DNA from: a virus
DNA length: 64,000 nt
IMG/VR virus record: IMGVR_UViG_3300023199_000021
Coordinates: 1-64,000 of that record
Strand: one strand, 5' to 3'
The position numbers and the translations under genes were made by a program. A model generated the notes under the pieces. It did not search any database and was not told where the DNA came from. It saw only the letters and a list, made by a program, of their open reading frames with translations. Positions within the stretch are counted from its first letter, which is position 1. Each line of letters begins with the position of its first letter. Positions 58,197 to 64,000 of the stretch are shown piece by piece.

Positions 58197-59771
58197 ATGA
58201 GCGATCAAATAGCCGTATATGACATTGAGCGTGACTGCGGTTTAGAAAATCAAATTCGCTCCCAAACTTCTGTAGCATTTACTGCTCCTATCATAAGCGT
58301 TGATCCGAAAGGCGATATCGACTTTAGCCGAATCACAAAGGCTTCCGCCGATCTATTCGACCTAGCATCTGCCGCGATTAATGATCCTGACTTATATCAT
58401 GTTTTCTCTATTCTGGTTTCTACCGTATGGAATAGAAATGATGATGTATTTGACAAGGAAGAAGTTTGGGCTGCACGTCACACTTCACGTTTTAAGCCTA
58501 CCAATCTTGAGCATGATGAAAAGCAAATGGTTGGTGGCATTATCAATAGTTGGCCCGTAGACGTTGACTTTAATCTAATTCCAGATGATACAAAAGCGGA
58601 AGCTTTACCAGATGAATACCATCTATTAGTATCTTCTGTAATATTTAGGCAATGGCAAGACCCTGATCTAAGGGCAAGGGCAGAACAGTTGATTTCAGAG
58701 ATCGAAGCAGACGAAAAGTTTGTTTCTATGGAATGCATTTTCCGTGGCTTTGATTATGCTGTCGTTTCACCTGATGGTAAGAACCATGTAGTTCCAAGAA
58801 ACCAATCTACAGCGTTCTTAACACAGCATCTACGAGCCTATGGTGGTCCCGGTGTGTATCAGGGCCACAAGGTTGGGCGTGTGCTAAGACGTATCACATT
58901 TAGTGGTAAAGGCTTTGTTAATCGTCCAGCAAATCCAGATAGTATTATCTTCGATAAGGACCATATTTTCTCTTTTGCGAATGTCCAAGAAGGTAAAAGT
59001 CTATTTTTAAATCAAAATGGTGTAACTAGTAATACAGAGAAGCAACTTTCTTCTGAAGTTAATATCTCAGACAAGGAGAATAACAAAATGTCTAATGAAC
59101 TTTTGACTGATCAAAACAAAGAGCTTAAGGACGCTCTGGCCTCTGCACAAGCAGAAATCAAAGAGCTAAACCAAAAGCTTTCTGAGGCGAGCGTTTCAAC
59201 ATATGAGAACAAGATCGAAAAACTAGAAGCCGCTGTCGCAGAGTTGGAATCTCAAGTCAGCGATCTTGAATCAAAGTTGAGCGAAGCCAACGAGAAAAAC
59301 GAATCTCTTGAAGCAGACCTGTCCGCTAAGTCCGAAGAACTATCCACTGTGAAAGCAACTATAGATAAGATGGAAGACGAAAAGAAAAAGAAAGACCGTA
59401 AAGATGCTATGGTCAAGGCTGGTCTGTCTACCGAAGAAGCAGAAGCAAAATATGAAAGTTTTGCTGAGCTTTCTGATGAAGTCTTCGAAACTATCCTTGA
59501 AACTATGGCAGAAATGCACAAGGACAAGGAAGATAAGAAGAAGAAAAAGGAAGAAGCTATAACTGACGACGAATCTAGCGAAGACGATGATGATTCATCT
59601 GACGATGACGCAGAAGACTCAACTGACGCATCTGATCTAGTAGATGGTGAAACCGAAGAAGGTAACCATGCCGCAGCCGGTGAAACCGATGGCGATGAAT
59701 TGTCTACCGCTCGTGCAGGCTTGCAGAAGTGGGTAGAAGATTGCATCATGAACAAAACTGAATCCAAATAA
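58197..59771 (+). CDS. Prohead protease fused to scaffold
   Basis: N.NDD.F, NLEH, VSMEC, F.G.G.V..PA; C-terminal acidic coiled coil. Confidence 0.85.
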   Translation: MSDQIAVYDIERDCGLENQIRSQTSVAFTAPIISVDPKGDIDFSRITKASADLFDLASAAINDPDLYHVFSILVSTVWNRNDDVFDKEEVWAARHTSRFKPTNLEHDEKQMVGGIINSWPVDVDFNLIPDDTKAEALPDEYHLLVSSVIFRQWQDPDLRARAEQLISEIEADEKFVSMECIFRGFDYAVVSPDGKNHVVPRNQSTAFLTQHLRAYGGPGVYQGHKVGRVLRRITFSGKGFVNRPANPDSIIFDKDHIFSFANVQEGKSLFLNQNGVTSNTEKQLSSEVNISDKENNKMSNELLTDQNKELKDALASAQAEIKELNQKLSEASVSTYENKIEKLEAAVAELESQVSDLESKLSEANEKNESLEADLSAKSEELSTVKATIDKMEDEKKKKDRKDAMVKAGLSTEEAEAKYESFAELSDEVFETILETMAEMHKDKEDKKKKKEEAITDDESSEDDDDSSDDDAEDSTDASDLVDGETEEGNHAAAGETDGDELSTARAGLQKWVEDCIMNKTESK

Positions 59772-59791
59772 TTTTATTGGGAGAATATACA

Positions 59792-60247
59792 ATGGCTCTA
59801 AAAGGTGATCGTGTAGAACATCTGACAGATATCAGTTTTTACAAGAGTGATACCGTTGTTGAACGCGGTGGCATTGTTGTACATTCTACTGGTGGTTCTG
59901 GTGCAGCTATGGACGACGCTCTAGCACAAGTTGCTGCCGTTGCGGCCTATACTGACGAACCGGCTGGTCTGTTACTGAACGATGTTGTTAATATTGACCT
60001 AACCCGTCAACAATACAATGTACACAAAGACGAAATACAACTGGGTGGCAAGGTTACTCTGTTGCGTCGTGGTACTGTCGTTACTGACCAAATCTCTGGT
60101 ACTCCTGTAGTCGGAGAACAAGCTCACTTTGCTCTTGATGGTCGCTTGACCACCACTAGCGAAGAAAGCACTAGTGATCAGGTTGGTCGTTGGCTATCTG
60201 TGAAGGATGCTGATGGTTTCGCTAAAGTCGAAATCAACATCGTCTAA
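59792..60247 (+). CDS. Capsid decoration/cement protein
   Basis: Lies between scaffold and MCP; beta-rich; GGAG RBS. Confidence 0.7.
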   Translation: MALKGDRVEHLTDISFYKSDTVVERGGIVVHSTGGSGAAMDDALAQVAAVAAYTDEPAGLLLNDVVNIDLTRQQYNVHKDEIQLGGKVTLLRRGTVVTDQISGTPVVGEQAHFALDGRLTTTSEESTSDQVGRWLSVKDADGFAKVEINIV

Positions 60248-60271
60248 TCAACATATTAGGAGAGTAATCTA

Positions 60272-61273
60272 ATGAAAAACTTTTTTGACTATAACCCAGA
60301 AATGGAAGCTATTCTAAGGCAGTCCGGTTCAGCCAACAAGGATGAATCTTTAGCGGCTGTTGCAGAACTAGCTAAAGCTCTGGAAACCCCGTTGCGTAAG
60401 GGCGTAATGAGCGGAGATATCCTAGCTGGTATCTACGAAATCATTAACCTAGCTCCCGGTGCAACGAGCGAGTTTCCTCTTGACTTCCTAGCTCCCGGTA
60501 CTGAGAAGGATTTTGTGGCGTACACAATTCCTAATCACGGTAGAATTCCAGAACGTCACGTAGAAGGTGACTACGTAATGGTCCCAACCTACGACATTGG
60601 TGCCTCTATCGACTGGTTACTAAAGTATGCCCGCGATACTCGTTGGGATGTTGTTGGTCGTGCTATGGACGTTATGCGTTCTCAGTTCACAAAGAAGATG
60701 AACGATGACGGATGGCACACTCTTATTTCCGCTGGTGTTGACCGTAACATCTTGGTTTATGACCCAGATGCTGCAACCGGCCAATTTTCTAAGAGACTAG
60801 TTTCTCTGATGAAAGTTACTATGCGTCGTAACGGTGGCGGTAACTCCACTTCAATCAATCGTGGTCGTCTAACCGACCTATTCTTGAGTCCAGAAGCTAT
60901 CGAAGATATCCGTAACTGGGGTGTTGACGAAGTTGACGAAATCACTCGTCGTGAGTTGATTACTCAAGAAGGCGGTCTAATGACCCGTATCTTCCAAGTA
61001 AACCTACATGACCTTGATGAACTTGGCGACGACCAAGAATATCAACTATTCTACGAGAACGATCTATCAGGTACTCTACCTGGTGGCGACTCTGAGATCG
61101 TTGTGGGTCTTGATATGAGCAGCAACGACAGCTTTGTAATGCCTGTTCGTGCTGGTCTTCAAATCTTCGAAGACGACACATTGCATCGTCAAAGACGTGC
61201 TGGCCTATATGGTTGGGCAGAGCATGGCTTCGCAGTACTAGATAACAGACGAGTTCTTCTAGGCTCATTCTAA
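60272..61273 (+). CDS. Major capsid protein (HK97 fold)
   Basis: 333 aa, synteny, C-terminal GLYGWAEHGFAVLD, followed by a terminator. Confidence 0.85.
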   Translation: MKNFFDYNPEMEAILRQSGSANKDESLAAVAELAKALETPLRKGVMSGDILAGIYEIINLAPGATSEFPLDFLAPGTEKDFVAYTIPNHGRIPERHVEGDYVMVPTYDIGASIDWLLKYARDTRWDVVGRAMDVMRSQFTKKMNDDGWHTLISAGVDRNILVYDPDAATGQFSKRLVSLMKVTMRRNGGGNSTSINRGRLTDLFLSPEAIEDIRNWGVDEVDEITRRELITQEGGLMTRIFQVNLHDLDELGDDQEYQLFYENDLSGTLPGGDSEIVVGLDMSSNDSFVMPVRAGLQIFEDDTLHRQRRAGLYGWAEHGFAVLDNRRVLLGSF

Positions 61274-61303
61274 TCTGTGCTGTTACAAAAAAAACAGAAA
61301 TAG

Positions 61304-61337
61304 GCCAGTGGTGGCGGTGCTGCCACTGGTTTTTTTA
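61304..61337 (+). terminator. Rho-independent terminator
   Basis: GCCAGTGGTGGC/GCTGCCACTGGT hairpin plus T-run. Confidence 0.9.
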
Positions 61338-61445
61338 TGGGAGAACAAGCATGAAGATTTTGCTTTGGATAATCGAACATGAAAAACTGTGGAGCTTGCC
61401 AGAAAGAGAAACAGTTTGGACTTTAGAATGTTAAGGCGGTGATAT

Positions 61446-62484
61446 ATGAGCATAACAGCAAATGATCTAGTGTTTTACGCTAGTGCCAATATGCCGCAAG
61501 ACGATTCTTCTCCTGCTGGCGGTGATATTAACACTGGCCTTAGAGTGGTCTTTGAAGATATTCCTGTTACTGGGATTGTTAGAGCAGTAAGCAATAGTGC
61601 TGCTGATTCTGGCAATCTTACTGTTGTAGGTAGAAACAATGTGGGTGTCATTGTTTCTGATACGTTTGGACTTAGTGGAACAACTCCTGTTTCTGGAACT
61701 CAGGTATTTGAAAGGGTACTGGTGGCTACGGTTGATGCTTTAGCTACAGGTAATATTACTCTGTCAGAACCGGTTAGTTCTTCTTCTGGTATCGGAACAA
61801 TATACGCAAACGAAAGTGGATTCTTGAGGCCCTTCTATGATGCTACTGCCGAACCTTTCGGTGGATCAAATAAGGTATTATATGAGAAGGTCTTTTTGAA
61901 AAACAACAATTCAGTAAACACTTTACTGAATGCAAATATCACCGAGATATCATCTGGTCTATTTTCTATCATAGATTTTGGACTTGAGAAATCTCAACAG
62001 TATGTAGAGTTTGTTGGAAACAGAACAACCGCTCCGACTGGGTGCTACGTTTTTCACAATCAATGGATGGCAACTTTTAATCACAGACAATGTTAACTTT
62101 TTTGGTAATATCTTCTCTGACGATTTTGATACGCCGTTCTCTACAGAGCAAGGTGTAAAACTAGCACAGGCTCAGGTATCTAACCTGATTGACAAAGTAG
62201 CTCCGAATACAAGTGATTTGGTGCTTGCTGGCATTGTAACAACAGGCGATATTACAACTCAAACAACAACCCTGCAATCTAGCCTTCCTACAGGAGTGGT
62301 CGCAGAACTAAATAACACACAATATGACGGTGTGCCATTCGGTGATATCATGGCGATATTGCTTTCAATGGCACAGGGACGAATCGTGGAATCAGCAAGT
62401 GGCGTATTTGAATTCTATGCCCAAGACAATTCCGCTATACTTTACACACTAACGAAATCTGGCAATGAGAGAAATAGAAGCTAA
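61446..62484 (+). pseudogene. Virion structural gene(s) joined out of frame near 62043
   Basis: ORF1 ends in non-homogeneous sequence; ORF2 lacks a start/RBS and overlaps it in another frame. Confidence 0.55.
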
Positions 62485-63080
62485 TGGTTATTGGAACAGG
62501 CTTGACCTCTATTTCAACGTATGGTTGGTTTACCGATCCTACGTTATCGGATAATCTTACACCCGTATCTACCTTCGGCTGGTATTATGTCGAGGGTGGT
62601 AGTGGTGTTATTGCCGTTTCTGTTCCTTATTCTATTCCAGCAGAATACAAGGCACAGATAGAAAGAGACAACAATGTTCCAGTAGAAAGCTTACTAACAC
62701 AGCTTTCATCGCTGGATATACCAGTCGAACACTTACAGGGTATTTCGGCATTTGATACACTCAGGGTTGAAGTTCTTGAAACTTCATTCGTGATTGCTTC
62801 ACCGCAAATTCCTGTCGAGAACTTGGCTAGTATTTTAACAGAGAATCAAATCCCTGTTGAGATATTGGCTCCCGGTTTTGTTCTGGTTGCAGACAAAAGC
62901 ATTCCGATTGAAATTGTCGGAGGCATCTTGTCTGATAACAATATTCCGATTGAAATAATTGGTGAAGAACAATTCTGGATACTCGACCCAAGAGGCGTAC
63001 TGTGGACTATTGAAGATTGTGGCATATTGTGGATTAGGGAAAATCATGGCAATAATTTATGGAACCTAGACGAGAGATAA
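62484..63080 (+). CDS. Putative virion protein with IPVE repeats
   Basis: About eight IP(V/I)E units. Confidence 0.7.
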   Translation: MVIGTGLTSISTYGWFTDPTLSDNLTPVSTFGWYYVEGGSGVIAVSVPYSIPAEYKAQIERDNNVPVESLLTQLSSLDIPVEHLQGISAFDTLRVEVLETSFVIASPQIPVENLASILTENQIPVEILAPGFVLVADKSIPIEIVGGILSDNNIPIEIIGEEQFWILDPRGVLWTIEDCGILWIRENHGNNLWNLDER

Positions 63081-63083
63081 AAC

Positions 63084-63410
63084 ATGGGTGTAACAGCAAA
63101 TCAAGAATTATGCAAACAACCTTCCGAAAAAAGAAAATTTGGAATGGAGTTCGCTAGTTTAATGGATACCTCTGGCGGCGAAGTAATTTCAAGCATTGAC
63201 GCCGTTACTTCTGAGACAATTTCTGGTGGAGTATCAGATTTAACAATCACTTTACCTTCAATTGTCAATGGTGTAGCTACTAACAGCAGAGTTGAAGTGT
63301 GGATTGAAGCTGGAACAGCAGGCAATAGATACAGAATTGAAATCTTGGTCACAACTTCTGATGGTCAAATATTAGAAGGTGATGGAATTCTTAAAGTAAC
63401 AGATAGGTAA
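63084..63410 (+). CDS. Ig-like fibre/adaptor-type virion protein
   Basis: KQPSE....F...VWIEAGTAGNRY.I.....TS.G..LE pattern. Confidence 0.65.
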   Translation: MGVTANQELCKQPSEKRKFGMEFASLMDTSGGEVISSIDAVTSETISGGVSDLTITLPSIVNGVATNSRVEVWIEAGTAGNRYRIEILVTTSDGQILEGDGILKVTDR

Positions 63411-63413
63411 CAA

Positions 63414-63965
63414 ATGGCTACTTGGCAAAATACTAGTTTACTAATGCTTCGTACTATGCTAAATGATGCAGGTTGCGGAGAGGCTTCCTACAGCAACACC
63501 AGATTGGAGCAGTTGTTAATTACTGCTGCTTATTTTTTACCGGTCGATATCAATTTCGACAGCAATTATGTTGTTGATGTAGAACAAAACACAATAACTC
63601 CCGATCCTATTAGTCAAGCCGATGGTCCTGAGTTTGTTAACTTCATGGTCTTGAGAGCGGCGTGTATGGCTGATGAAGGCAATTTTAGAAATTCAGCACT
63701 TTTACAGGGAGTAAAAGCCAGATGTGGTCCTGCTGTATTAGAACTTGGTTCATACGGTCGATACTTGAAAGAATTGTTGACTGCTGGACCTTGTAAATCT
63801 TACGAAGACTTGAAAAATGAATACAACTTTAGCTACGAGGGAAGACGCATTATTCGTGCAGTTATGTCTCCGTTCGTATCTAACGATTTCTATCCACCTA
63901 TGGGTGGTGCTGGTAACGGACAACTCGATACTAGTAATCTTTGGAGAAACAGAAATTCCTATTAG
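63414..63965 (+). CDS. Head-tail connector/neck protein
   Basis: LR.MLND.....YS..RL..L helical N-terminus; synteny. Confidence 0.65.
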   Translation: MATWQNTSLLMLRTMLNDAGCGEASYSNTRLEQLLITAAYFLPVDINFDSNYVVDVEQNTITPDPISQADGPEFVNFMVLRAACMADEGNFRNSALLQGVKARCGPAVLELGSYGRYLKELLTAGPCKSYEDLKNEYNFSYEGRRIIRAVMSPFVSNDFYPPMGGAGNGQLDTSNLWRNRNSY

Positions 63966-64000
63966 GAGATAAACAATGTCCATTATATTTCAACCGAAAG

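Overview
The window is part of a large tailed dsDNA phage genome, or a resident prophage, probably infecting a planctomycete. That host call is inference from the TatA, a secretin-like motif and attC-like sites. Bases 1-46400 are almost all on the minus strand: two tRNA arrays (about 190-5120 and 30580-33860) interleaved with HNH genes and structured non-coding segments, a 13-kb glycan synthesis/modification cluster (7411-20610), SSB, RuvB, rIIB, a sigma-70-like factor, PcfJ, DUF932 and Gp88-like early genes, with many TTGACA-N16/17-TATAAT promoters. From about 46480 the plus strand carries the late module: a second sigma-like protein, GT90 and GDP-mannose dehydratase, HNH and ERCC4 nucleases, an intein-containing large terminase, portal, protease/scaffold, head decoration protein, major capsid protein and neck genes. 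The accessory part is visibly decaying (deletion fusions, frameshifts, transition-type nonsense codons, broken tRNAs, IS605 scraps) while the head module is intact. The most unusual signals are a duplicated ncRNA-like motif and several kissing-loop or pseudoknot RNAs in the tRNA arrays, two D-arm-less tRNA mimics, reverse-oriented genes bounded by attC-like sites, a 237-bp direct repeat breaking in tRNA-Gly, and a co-oriented 14-mer found four times. All calls are by eye from motifs; no searches were run.
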